A stretch of 64,000 nt of DNA from positions 572,294-636,293 of the forward strand of contig JAGDZU010000004.1 in the NCBI GenBank assembly GCA_049115575.1. Direction: 5' to 3'. The notes beneath the pieces were generated by a model that had not been told where the DNA came from, made no database searches, and saw only the letters and a program-made list of their open reading frames with translations. This DNA comes from Bacteroidia bacterium. GTDB taxonomy: Bacteria > Bacteroidota > Bacteroidia > NS11-12g > UBA9320. The translations under genes were made by a program, and so were the position numbers. Each line of letters begins with the position of its first letter. Position 1 is the first letter of the stretch. Positions 46,419 to 56,800 of the stretch are shown here, in pieces.

Positions 46419-48851
46419 ATGAGAGGAATAATATTAACACTAAGCGTTTTTGGTTTCATGCTTTTTGCAGATGCACAAGTATGGCAACCCCTTGATGGAG
46501 GATTAGACAATACTCCAACGGCTATCACCAGTCATAATAATCTAATTGCAACTGCTCAAGTAACAGGTTATGAAAAAGGTTATAGAGTGCATAAGGTGAG
46601 CATATGGAACGGCTACTATTGGCTAAATCTTCCTCCTATCTACGCAGATTCAAATTCGCTTATTCTAGCGCTAAAATTCTATAAAGGATCTCTCTATATT
46701 GCTGGAAAAGTTTCGGAGTTCAAAGATGTTGCAGGAGCAAAACACATCATCAGATGGAAAGATAGAAAATATGAAAAGCTCAGTGCCTTGAGTGGCAATA
46801 TCAGCAACTTCAACTATATCAATGGATTAAATGATTTCGACAATCAATTGCTCATTTCAGGGCCATTTGTAACTACATCTGCCAATTATGGAGAGAGTAT
46901 TGCACTGTTTAACGGGGTGAGTTTACTTGCGGCTAGCAATGCAGCATTTGGTAAAGGAATCAGGGGGAACATCAATGATGTATTTAGCAATGAAAACATG
47001 CTTGTTATTGGTGGTAGATTAACCAAAGCCAATGATACTGCAACTGTGAACCTAGCGTACTTTTACAAAAACCATTGGTTTAGGGTTAGCAATAATGCGT
47101 TCATCCCTAAACATGTAGTGGCGGTTGGTAGTCATGTATACTTTGCCGGTTTAGATTCAAAAACCAAAGCCAAGAATTTCTTTAAAGTAAATAATGGACT
47201 CATAGACACCATTGATTTTGGGTTGACTGAAGTTTCAGAAGTCTACGACATGGTGGTTGTGAATGGTGTAATTTATGCATCAGGCCAATTTTATATGAAT
47301 GGAGCAGATAATCCTGTTAGCCTTGTAAAGTTAGACAACGGTAAATGGACTGCTGTTGAGAATGGCAATCTATTGGGTCTAAGATTATTGCTTGAACATA
47401 AAGAACATCTTTTTGCTAGCGGATTTTTCACTTACCATGATGGAATCAATTACAGACATATTGCGCGATACCTTCCAAACCACGGAATAATCAGTGGTAA
47501 AATATATTTCGACAAAGACAAAAACTGTTTGCTGAACGCTCGAGACGAGTTGCTCAATGAAATGAATGTCTTGATTACTCCAGGGCCCAGATATGTGAAG
47601 ACATTTGAAAATGGAAGTTATTTAGCCATTATGCCAAAAGGAAGTTATACGGTAACCTTATTAACTACTCCCAAATGGGAAGTTACTTCCTGTGCCAACA
47701 AGTCTTTAAATGTAGAACTTGAAAAACAAGCTGTTCAAACCAGTTTGAATTTTCCCGTGACTCAAAAAGCGGGAATTAGAGATTTAGCTATAAAGCTTTC
47801 TTCTTCTTCCGGGCAGTCCATAGATAAAAATGCAGACATCTCCTACCACATACAATATGAAAATAAGGGTTCTGAAAATGTGGCTAACACACGGGTTGTC
47901 TTACATTATGACCCAAAGCTCGGAGGGTTAAAAGCATTTCCCGCTCCTGATGAAGCTGTTGGGGACAGTGCGGTATGGTTAATAACTGATCTATTCGCAG
48001 GAGAGGAACGCATGATTTCTTGTGTTTTTGAAATCAATGATAAAACAGGACAAATCTTGAATTTATCTGCAGACATAGCTTTGGAAGACGAAGAGGAAAT
48101 TACAATTGATAATCATTCCGAGTTGGTGCAAAATTTGAATGAAGGCGATTATGATTTCAAGAAAGAAATATTGGGTACAATAGGTGATACTGCCTATATA
48201 AATGATTCAACAGATGACATTGAATATCAAGTCAGCTTTGCCAATTACACATCAGATACTATTTTCAATGTATATGTAATTGATACCATAAGATTGAATC
48301 ACAGCCTTTCAATTATTCAAACCACAGGTGCGAGCCATTATGTGGTTGGAGAAGCTTTCCCAGGTTTACCGGGAGAAGATTTGGGTATTATTGTATGGTC
48401 ATTCCCAAATATTAACCTTCTACCAAATCCAGATCATAACCCTGAGATAGTAGCACATAAAGGATTTGTAAGTTTCAGACTAGGATTGAATTCGGGTATA
48501 AGTGAAGGCACTGTTATCACTAACAGAGCTAATGTGGTATTTGACTATTACGAGGAAGAAGCTACAAATTGGGTATATGCCATAGTAAACAACCAGTTAG
48601 CATCAACTAGTCCTCTTTTAGAGCTTGACCAAATTAGTATCTACCCCAATCCTGTAAACGAAGAATTGCACATAGAGTTGGAAAAACCTACAGAGTACTC
48701 TATTAATGTCTATTCCATGAATGGACAAATGATGAATGTTCAGTCAGCGTCTTTTAATTCTATTTCAACGGAGTCTTATCCTCCGGGCATGTATGTGCTT
48801 CAACTACAGATAGAAGGGGAATTATATACCAAACGCTTCATTAAGTTGTAG
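46419..48851 (+). CDS. T9SS-secreted large hypothetical protein (beta-propeller/DUF11-CARDB-like regions + T9SS CTD)
   Basis: Signal peptide. The C-terminal ISIYPNPVNEELHIEL...GMYVLQLQIEGELYTKRFIKL matches the T9SS CTD. Starts 7 nt after the upstream gene. Confidence 0.6.
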   Translation: MRGIILTLSVFGFMLFADAQVWQPLDGGLDNTPTAITSHNNLIATAQVTGYEKGYRVHKVSIWNGYYWLNLPPIYADSNSLILALKFYKGSLYIAGKVSEFKDVAGAKHIIRWKDRKYEKLSALSGNISNFNYINGLNDFDNQLLISGPFVTTSANYGESIALFNGVSLLAASNAAFGKGIRGNINDVFSNENMLVIGGRLTKANDTATVNLAYFYKNHWFRVSNNAFIPKHVVAVGSHVYFAGLDSKTKAKNFFKVNNGLIDTIDFGLTEVSEVYDMVVVNGVIYASGQFYMNGADNPVSLVKLDNGKWTAVENGNLLGLRLLLEHKEHLFASGFFTYHDGINYRHIARYLPNHGIISGKIYFDKDKNCLLNARDELLNEMNVLITPGPRYVKTFENGSYLAIMPKGSYTVTLLTTPKWEVTSCANKSLNVELEKQAVQTSLNFPVTQKAGIRDLAIKLSSSSGQSIDKNADISYHIQYENKGSENVANTRVVLHYDPKLGGLKAFPAPDEAVGDSAVWLITDLFAGEERMISCVFEINDKTGQILNLSADIALEDEEEITIDNHSELVQNLNEGDYDFKKEILGTIGDTAYINDSTDDIEYQVSFANYTSDTIFNVYVIDTIRLNHSLSIIQTTGASHYVVGEAFPGLPGEDLGIIVWSFPNINLLPNPDHNPEIVAHKGFVSFRLGLNSGISEGTVITNRANVVFDYYEEEATNWVYAIVNNQLASTSPLLELDQISIYPNPVNEELHIELEKPTEYSINVYSMNGQMMNVQSASFNSISTESYPPGMYVLQLQIEGELYTKRFIKL

Positions 48852-48891
48852 AGGTCAAAACAAAGATTGACTAATTTTGTCCTCTTCTTAT

Positions 48892-49245
48892 ATGTTGATT
48901 GAAGTATTAAAATCTAAAATCCATCGAGCTAAAGTCACCCAAACAGAACTGGATTATGTTGGTAGCATCACCATAGATGAAAATCTATTGGATGCCGCAC
49001 ATATGATAGAAGGGGAAAAAGTATTGGTGGTAAACAACAACAACGGAGAACGGTTAGAAACTTACGCCATTGCTGGCGAAAGAGGATCTGGCATGATTTG
49101 CCTCAACGGAGCTGCTGCCAGAAAAGCGGCTAAAGGCGATGTAGTTATTATCATCTCTTTTGCGCATATGGAACCAGAAGAAGCAAAGGCATTTACACCA
49201 TATCTGGTATTCCCTGATCAATTAAACCAAGCTATCGTTGAATAA
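48892..49245 (+). CDS. panD: Aspartate 1-decarboxylase (pyruvoyl-dependent)
   Basis: [29 protein letters not shown] with the Gly-Ser self-cleavage site. Start taken at the internal Met of the ORF-track ORF. Confidence 0.85.
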   Translation: MLIEVLKSKIHRAKVTQTELDYVGSITIDENLLDAAHMIEGEKVLVVNNNNGERLETYAIAGERGSGMICLNGAAARKAAKGDVVIIISFAHMEPEEAKAFTPYLVFPDQLNQAIVE

Positions 49246-50242
49246 AAAACTTAAAACAAGCCTTAACACCATTCTATTCCTTGTAATTGGTGTTGCTTTA
49301 TTCATATGGGCTACATCTAATGTAGGTTTGGATCAACTGATTCAAGATATTAAAGAAGCAGATGCCAAATGGATTGCGCTCTCCATGTTTTGTGGAATAT
49401 TAAGTCATTTGTTTCGAGCATTGAGATGGAAATTGTTAATTGAACCTATGAACTTTAAAGCTACGTCGGCTGGAGCCTTCCACTCCACCATAGTAGGTTA
49501 TATGGTGAATATGGCTGTGCCTCGCCTTGGTGAGGTAACTAGACCTGCTATGCTTTCAAAGCTCGAGGATATCCCATTCAACAAATTAGTTGGAACAGTG
49601 TTACTTGAAAGAATTGTTGATTTAATTATCACTCTCCTTATAGCCGTTGCCATTGTCTTTATGCAGTTTCAATTGATTGCTGATTTCTTAAATGAATTGG
49701 TAGCTTCTGGAGGTGACAATCTAGTAAAATACGGAATAGGCATTGGTCTGTTTTTTATACTTTTTGCGTTGGGAATCAGATACAGAAAATGGATTTATAA
49801 ACTCCCTATAATTTCAAAATTCAAAGGCTTCTTTGAAGGTGTAGTAGATGGGTTAAAAACCATAACACAACTAAAGAAGAAAGGAATGTTTATTGCCTAC
49901 AGCCTTCTGATATGGTTCATGTACTTCCTCATGCCGTACTTTGTTCTATTTGCGTTAGAAGGCACATCTCATTTGGGAGCTGCAGCTGGATTAACGGTGT
50001 TGCTTTTTGGAACCTTTGCCATGATTATTCCTGTACCAGGTGGTTTAGGAACTTTTGAGGTTTTAGTTCCGGCAGCTTTAGCCTTATATGGTGTGGTAGG
50101 AGCAATTGGTGAGAGTTATGCTATTATTACTCATGCTGTTCAGGTAATACTTATCTTAGCTGTAGGATTAATCTCAGTAGGATACTTTGTAATCAAATCC
50201 CAAAAAAAGAAAAAAAATGGAGTGGTCACAGATCATAGCTGA
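49238..50242 (+). CDS. Flippase-like (UPF0104 / lysylphosphatidylglycerol-synthase TM-domain family) membrane protein
   Basis: 334 aa with about eight TM helices and [13 protein letters not shown], characteristic of UPF0104. Confidence 0.7.
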   Translation: MNKKLKTSLNTILFLVIGVALFIWATSNVGLDQLIQDIKEADAKWIALSMFCGILSHLFRALRWKLLIEPMNFKATSAGAFHSTIVGYMVNMAVPRLGEVTRPAMLSKLEDIPFNKLVGTVLLERIVDLIITLLIAVAIVFMQFQLIADFLNELVASGGDNLVKYGIGIGLFFILFALGIRYRKWIYKLPIISKFKGFFEGVVDGLKTITQLKKKGMFIAYSLLIWFMYFLMPYFVLFALEGTSHLGAAAGLTVLLFGTFAMIIPVPGGLGTFEVLVPAALALYGVVGAIGESYAIITHAVQVILILAVGLISVGYFVIKSQKKKKNGVVTDHS

Positions 50243-50711
50243 CAAACTGTATGCAGATGCAGACCAATTGAAATTGGAGGTTGCAAAATGGCAAACTTTC
50301 AATGACAAAGTGGTATTTACTAATGGCTGCTTTGACCTTTTGCACTTAGGTCATATGGATTATCTGGCCAAAGCTGCAGATTGCGGAGATCGACTCATAA
50401 TAGGATTAAACTCAGATAGCTCGGTATCTCAACTAAAAGGAAACAATCGGCCTATCATTGATGAGCACAGCAGAGCTGTTAAGCTAGCTTCTTTAGCATT
50501 TGTAGACGCGGTAGTTCTATTTAGTGAGGAAACGCCTTTAGAGCTCATTAAAATGCTTGAGCCAGACGTGTTAGTTAAAGGTGGCGACTATGAGATGTCT
50601 GAAATTGTTGGTGCCAATGAAATACTTAAAAGCGGAGGAGAAGTTAGAATCATCCCGTTCTTAGCAGGATACTCAAGCACGCACATTATTGATAAGGTGA
50701 AAAAAGCCTAA
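50217..50711 (+). CDS. Cytidylyl/adenylyltransferase (RfaE domain II-like, D-glycero-beta-D-manno-heptose 1-phosphate adenylyltransferase family)
   Basis: Nucleotidyltransferase motifs TNGCFDLLHLGH and KGGDY. Confidence 0.75.
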   Translation: MEWSQIIADKLYADADQLKLEVAKWQTFNDKVVFTNGCFDLLHLGHMDYLAKAADCGDRLIIGLNSDSSVSQLKGNNRPIIDEHSRAVKLASLAFVDAVVLFSEETPLELIKMLEPDVLVKGGDYEMSEIVGANEILKSGGEVRIIPFLAGYSSTHIIDKVKKA

Positions 50712-51340
50712 GATTTTCTCTTTCCTCCTTTTAACTCCTTTTGAAGCATTTTCAATTTTTCAATCTCGCCGTTCTTGGCCAATACTGATTGTTCTGCCCA
50801 TGTCGTAGGATCATGAACCGCATAGGTTGGGCCTGACTTTATAAGAATATCTCTGATGGCTTGAGGGTTCATCTGAATTATTTGATCATAGCTGTGAACA
50901 CCACCCTCATTTAATAAGCTTTGAATCTTTGGACCAACACCTTCAATAATAGTCAGGTCATCTTTAGTTGACTCTGAGGAGGAGCTCGCCATTGGTTCTT
51001 TAATATCATCCTCTTTAGAGGGATTGCTCTTTACATCTTCAAGTTGAGTCTGTAAACTCAATTTTTCAGAAACCGCTCTTGAATAAGCCTCTCTTGAATT
51101 TTCTAAGTCTGCTTTAAGTTGGGAGATTTCTTCTTGATGAACATTATTCATATGCTCCGATTTCTGTTGTTCAGAAAGTTCTTGCTCTAAGCTGGTAACT
51201 TTCCTTTTGAGTTTGTCGTTCAAGAAATGCCTAAAAAGGTATCCCAATAGAAAGGCGCCGAAAATAATGAGGATAATCTCGAGCAAGTATTGATTGAAAT
51301 TACCCGCTCCTGGTCCTTGAAAAACTGCTTCTATAATCAT
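50708..51340 (-). CDS. Hypothetical membrane-anchored coiled-coil protein with C-terminal helix-hairpin-helix-like domain
   Basis: N-terminal TM (LLEIILIIFGAFLLGYLF), a long coiled coil, then LTIIEGVGPKIQSLLNEGGVHSYDQI...VHDPTTWAEQ, which looks like an HhH-type module. Confidence 0.45.
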   Translation of the reverse strand: MIIEAVFQGPGAGNFNQYLLEIILIIFGAFLLGYLFRHFLNDKLKRKVTSLEQELSEQQKSEHMNNVHQEEISQLKADLENSREAYSRAVSEKLSLQTQLEDVKSNPSKEDDIKEPMASSSSESTKDDLTIIEGVGPKIQSLLNEGGVHSYDQIIQMNPQAIRDILIKSGPTYAVHDPTTWAEQSVLAKNGEIEKLKMLQKELKGGKRKS

Positions 51341-51837
51341 GAGTCCTTGTATTCTAATGTGTCATTTGAATGGGGTGTTCTTTCATGTCCGAAGATAATA
51401 TTAATCCTTGACGCTTTGATATAATCATTCTGTTCTTCTAGATCTGTTTGTTCAGAACCTAATTCAACTTGCAAATCAGACACTTCCGGAAATAATTGTC
51501 TAACCGCTTGAGCTCTAGCTTGCCCTAGATTGATAAAACCAGTTTGGTTGTTCTCCAAGGGGTCATATAACCCTATGATTTGTAACTGGTGGTTAGCTTG
51601 CAGCTCATTTAGTAATTGAGTTCTCATAGCTGAAAATGCATTCCCTTTAAGTACAAGGTCGCTTTCCCATTCAAAAACTATGGATTCTTCTATATTAGAA
51701 GAAAGGCTTTGCATATCTCCCTCTGTTGTGGGTGAACATACTTGTTTCACATGGCAGAGATAGAACCAAGCACCCCCAGCCATAAACAGTATAAAAAAGA
51801 TTAAAACTAAGGTGGCATTTTTATTCATGAGCTTCAT
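51337..51837 (-). CDS. OmpA/MotB-like C-terminal domain protein with N-terminal TM anchor
   Basis: TM (LVLIFFILFMAGGAWF). The C-terminal region aligns to OmpA-like blocks (IIGLYD..., INLGQARAQAVRQLF, SRINIIF). 4-nt overlap with the downstream gene. Confidence 0.5.
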   Translation of the reverse strand: MKLMNKNATLVLIFFILFMAGGAWFYLCHVKQVCSPTTEGDMQSLSSNIEESIVFEWESDLVLKGNAFSAMRTQLLNELQANHQLQIIGLYDPLENNQTGFINLGQARAQAVRQLFPEVSDLQVELGSEQTDLEEQNDYIKASRINIIFGHERTPHSNDTLEYKDS

Positions 51838-52193
51838 TCAAAGATAGCAATAATCTGTGTGGCTTATACCTATGAGAATTTTGAGAAAGAAAAGTTAATG
51901 TATGGATTTCGCCCTTAGTGTTTGACATGGGTTCCCCATATCCCCAAGGGGAATTTACATTGCCCAACTACACTTCAATGATTATTGGGAAATCAATTGT
52001 TCAAGGTGCCTGATTTATTGAAGAAGGATTTGAAGTTCTTAGTGGTTTGCATGGTTCCGGCTCCCGGTTTTCGATTTGTGGAGTTTGGGATTACGCTCCT
52101 TTCTCCACCCTCCGAAGCTCTAGCAAAGGATGGCAGTCGCGTTTTCCCAATGGGAGAACCAAACGACTACCTTGTTAGGCTTACTAATTTTTG

Positions 52194-52280
52194 CGGAGAG
52201 GAAGGGATTCGAACCCCCGGTACCCTTTCGAGTACACTACCTTTCCAAGGTAGCCCGATAAACCGCTCTGGCACCTCTCC
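52194..52280 (-). tRNA. tRNA-Ser (anticodon GGA), long variable arm
   Basis: Minus-strand sequence GGAGAGGTGCCAGAGCGG...CTACC-TTGGAAA-GGTAG...(long extra arm)...GGGGGTTCGAATCCCTTCCTCTCCG. A 7-bp acceptor stem and anticodon loop with GGA. Architecture parallels E. coli tRNA-Ser(GGA). CCA is not encoded. Confidence 0.8.
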
Positions 52281-52300
52281 GTGGAAGGCTGCAAAGATGA

Positions 52301-53062
52301 TTAAATTTTGAACAACCGCAATGTGTTTGCTTCTAATTGCGCGTCTAGTTTCTGTGAATCAATACCCAAAAGATTTGCTAAATAATTGTGTACATGAATT
52401 ATATAAGAGGGTTCATTCCTCTTGCCTCTATATGGTACTGGAGCTAAATAGGGTGAGTCTGTTTCAAGAACTATCCTTTCTATAGGTATGGATGGAACAA
52501 CAGTTTTCAAATCTGAATTTTTGAATGTGAGCACTCCTCCTAATCCAACATACATTCCTAATTCTACAATGCGTCTTGCTTGCTCTATGCTTCCTGTAAA
52601 GCAATGAAAAACCCCTGTGATTTTTCCTTTAAAATTATTCTCAAGTATATCAATAATCAAATCTATTGAGTCTCTTGAATGTATTACAATTGGTAGGTCT
52701 TTATCAATGGCCCAATCACATTGTATTTTGAATGCCTCAATTTGTATATCCTGAGTGCTTTTATCCCAATATAAATCTACCCCAATTTCTCCTACTGCTA
52801 TGCAGTTATACTCATCTAGAGATTTCCTGATGAGTTCCAATTCATTGAGATAATTTGAATCTACAGAACACGGATGTAGGCCCATCATTGGAAAAGCAAA
52901 ACCTGGATATTTAGTTATGAGAGACTCAATACCTTTAATGCTTTTCAAATCAATGTTTGGCAGAAGAATTTTACTTACTCCTACTTCTTGTGCATTCAGT
53001 ACAATTTGCTCCAAATCGTCATTGAATTCATCTGCGTATATATGGGCATGAGAATCAATCAT
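52301..53062 (-). CDS. TatD family metal-dependent hydrolase (DNase)
   Basis: MIDSHAHI and internal His/Glu/Asp metal-binding motifs. Confidence 0.85.
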   Translation of the reverse strand: MIDSHAHIYADEFNDDLEQIVLNAQEVGVSKILLPNIDLKSIKGIESLITKYPGFAFPMMGLHPCSVDSNYLNELELIRKSLDEYNCIAVGEIGVDLYWDKSTQDIQIEAFKIQCDWAIDKDLPIVIHSRDSIDLIIDILENNFKGKITGVFHCFTGSIEQARRIVELGMYVGLGGVLTFKNSDLKTVVPSIPIERIVLETDSPYLAPVPYRGKRNEPSYIIHVHNYLANLLGIDSQKLDAQLEANTLRLFKI

Positions 53063-53850
53063 TACCAGCTTATCTTGTTTTTAGATAAAAATGCATCCAT
53101 TCCCTTGATGCAGTCTTCTGTTGATCTTGCTTTGGCATTTTGTTCCGCGGCGTATTCCAGAGCTGCAGCATGCTCCATGCCAGGAACTGTTCTTAACATT
53201 TCTTTAGTCAATTCAATTGCTTGACCTGATGTTTTTGATATTAATGATTCTACTCTTTGGATTACTTCTTTATAGAAATCTCCATCAATTAGTTCCGTTA
53301 TCATGCCTAATTCTTCAGCCCTTTGAGCCGAAATAATTTCAGCTGTAAGAAGTAGTTCTCTCACATTTTGAGGACTCATTTTGTTCAGAAGGTATACCAT
53401 AACTATGGCTGGTATAAATCCTATTTTGACCTCAGTAAAACCAAATTGTGCATTAGAGCTGGCATAACAAAAATCGGTTACCATGGCCAGACCACAACCT
53501 CCTGCTAAGGCGTACCCATCAACTGCAGATACAGTAATCTTTGGCGATGAATAAATAGCCTCAAACATTTGGGCCAATGCAGAGCTATCTTGAACATTCT
53601 TTTCTTTGGTATTTGATCTCAACTGTTGAATATAATCCAAATCTGCTCCTGCACTAAAAGCAGTGCCATTACCCTTAATAACTATTGCTCTAATAGTATC
53701 ATTGGAATTGAGTTCTTCAACTTCGTGCTTTAAGCCCTGGACTAATTCAGGATTAAAGGCGTTTCTTTTTTCAGCTCTATCTAGGCTAACTATCGCAATT
53801 CTTCCTCTGATCTCTGTTGTTACCATAAGTGCAAAAAAAAGCCCGAACAA
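53062..53850 (-). CDS. Enoyl-CoA hydratase/isomerase (crotonase) family protein
   Basis: Crotonase oxyanion-hole motifs (FSAGADLD, ...GGCGLAM). The likely start is the internal MVTTEIRG. Confidence 0.8.
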   Translation of the reverse strand: MFGLFFALMVTTEIRGRIAIVSLDRAEKRNAFNPELVQGLKHEVEELNSNDTIRAIVIKGNGTAFSAGADLDYIQQLRSNTKEKNVQDSSALAQMFEAIYSSPKITVSAVDGYALAGGCGLAMVTDFCYASSNAQFGFTEVKIGFIPAIVMVYLLNKMSPQNVRELLLTAEIISAQRAEELGMITELIDGDFYKEVIQRVESLISKTSGQAIELTKEMLRTVPGMEHAAALEYAAEQNAKARSTEDCIKGMDAFLSKNKISW

Positions 53851-53884
53851 TGAATGTCCGGGCTTTCTATGAATAATAAATTAA

Positions 53885-56800
53885 TTATTTCGAAACTGTA
53901 ATTCTCTTAGTTGCGTAATAATCACCGTTTTTAACCTGTACGAAGTATACTCCGTCAGCAACATTTGAAAGGTCAACTATAAAGCTTCCGTTCAAGTTGT
54001 CAGTGATATTCACATCAAGTTGGTTACCTAGAACATCAGATACTGCAATCGTAATGTCATCGGTAGCATTCACAACTTCTAAGTTGAATACACCTGTAGA
54101 TGGGTTTGGATATACATTGATCATTGCATTGTCTTGAGTAAGTTCTTCAACTCCTACAAGATCTACACTAACCATATCACAAGACTCGTTCCAGCACTCA
54201 TCGTTTTTCACTGATAAGCAAATCTCGAACTCACCTTCATCTACGTTGTTATAAGTATAAACTGGATCTTCCATTGTAGAGCTACCTCCGTTACCAAATC
54301 TCCATTGGTAAATAGAATGACCAGCAACTGCGTCTAATACAACTGTTCTTCCTTGAACGTCCGCGCTAAATGTAGCGTCAGGAGCAGCGTTAATTGTAAG
54401 AGGCAAAGTTAACTCTGCATCACAACCTCCAGCTACCTCAGCAACCAATGTAACGTTTACAATTCTTGTAGAACCAGTACTTGCGTATCTGTGACGTGGT
54501 GAAACGTGGTCAGAAGTAGTAACACCTTGATCGTCTGGTGCACCAAATAACCAAGTATAACTTAAGTCACCAGCAGCAACGCTAGACTTGTTAGTAAATA
54601 CCGCTTCGTCTCCTTCACATATGTCAGCTACTTCAAAATCAGCAACTGCTTGAAGTACTACATCTAATTCTTCAGTATAAGTACTTGAACATCCATTCAC
54701 AGAATTGATAGTTAAAGTAACTTCTTTACTTCCTACTTCAGAGAATAGGAATGAAGGATTCTCATTTGTAGAACTACCTTCTCCGTTGAAATCCCAAATG
54801 AAGTCACTTGCAATACCTGCTGGTACAGAACCAGTTCTTGTGAAGTTCACAGGAGTCAAGTTACAAGTTGCGTCATAAGTGAAATCAGCTTCAGGAGATT
54901 CTAAAAGATCAATCTCTACTGTAACTTCATCCTCACATCCAAACTCAGAGTAAGCTATTAATTTAACAGTATGCTTTCCTGAAGCAGAATAAGCGTGAGT
55001 AGGATCAGATAGAGTAGAAACACCATTGTCTCCGAAATCCCAAGTGAATCCTGCTTTACCAATTGCAAGAGTTGTGCTATTGTTAAATTGGATATCCTCC
55101 AAGTTACAAGCTCCTGTTGTAGAGAATCCAGCAACTGGTCTAGCAAATTGATATGCTTTCTTAGTTACAGATGCATCACAACCGTTTTGTGTAGCTTTAA
55201 GAGTCACATCATAACCTTGCGCAGTTGCAGCGGCATATAGATGTGTTGGGTTTTGAGCAGTAGAACCATTTCCATCTCCAAAGTCCCAATCGTAAGTAAC
55301 TGCACCTGGTATATCTACTGTAGTTGCATCATTAAACACAATTAAGTCACCCTCACACGCATTGATTACAGAGAAATCTGTATTTGGTGTAGGTGTAACT
55401 GTAATTTGCTTAGTTACACTATAAGCGAACTTAGGATAAGATTGATTTCTAACTTCAAGAGTTACATCAAATGTTCCAAATGTAGAATAATCCCAGAAAC
55501 CATTCTTGATTTCAGAAGTATCTTCATTTGAATTTGGATCATTGTAGTTCCATTTGTAAATCATGAAATCATTTCCACCCATTTGAGAATTGTTCTTGAA
55601 CGTAGCAATTGTTCCTAAACAAACATCTGCAATGTCAAAATCAACATCTGGAGTAAATGGTACATACATCCATCTTCCAACAGTTGAATCACAACCTGTG
55701 TTCAAATCGTTGATAACGAAAGAAACATAGATTAATGAATCTGTTAAAGAAGAATCAGGATCAACTGTAACAGTCATAGCAGAACCGTCAACTGTAACTC
55801 CAAGACCTGTAGTAGCCATTCCGCCACTAGTCATAGAATTATCAGTGATATCCCAATCTGTTCCGTATCCACTTGGACCGTACTTAGTTGGAGCTACTAT
55901 GTCATATATAGAGGTTGTGTTTGGAACTGCGATATCAGGATTAGTCTGATTTCCAGCATTGAAGTAACCTTCAAATGTTCCGCTTTCAACAATATCACCT
56001 CCTGAAGGAGAAGAAACTACATTGAATGTTTGAGTCAATTCGTTGTTAGCGCTGTTATCATCACAAAGAATACCTACTGTAACAGTATTTAATCCTGGAT
56101 CGTGATAAACCGGCATATCATTAAATGTGTAGGTCATTGTTGAGTTACCAAACAGAGTATCTGTTTGCTCATCTGTTTGATCTCCATTTAAAGTATAATA
56201 TACTCTTAAGAAAGAACGGCTATCTGAATAGCTATTTGTAACATCAAAAACAATGTCGTCTGAAGTTCCACCACATCTATCAGCACCTGAAAGAGTGAAG
56301 TTAGAAGCACTGAAGTCTGTATAGTATTCAATAGCTCCTGGATCTACACCACAAGTGTTTCTTGAAGCGCCAGTTACATCATCGGTAACAATGTTTCCTA
56401 ATCCTCTGTTAGCCATTTCTACAGATTGTGGAGTATAATCTCCGTTAGCCGTATCAACAAACTCAGGATCGTAACCCATGTTGTGTCCATTGTGAGCACC
56501 AGTTGCAGTATTGAATCCTGCTAATGTAGTATAACCTGTTCCACCTACAGTTCCATAAGTTAATGGAGCAACAGTAGTTGCAAAAGATGTATTGTTATAG
56601 TCCATTCTGTTTTCCTCAATACCAGTAGTCATTCTATATGAAATACTGAATATGGATGAATTGTATGAAACCAATACATTATTGTTAAGAAGGTCTATTT
56701 CAGAACTATTGTTTGGTGCACAATAGATACCGTAAATATTTCCAATATGATTATCTGGCTTATTCTGAATATCTATAGTGTTGTTTGCAACAGTGTTATT

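Noticed and set aside
52194-52280. tRNA-Ser as an integration site of a genomic island
   Set aside because: No integrase, no phage or mobile genes, and no visible duplicated tRNA 3' segment in the window downstream of the tRNA.
51985-52311. 108-aa plus-strand ORF
   Set aside because: It lies across the minus-strand tRNA-Ser gene and the non-coding spacer, and has no plausible protein features. It is an artefact of the ORF track.
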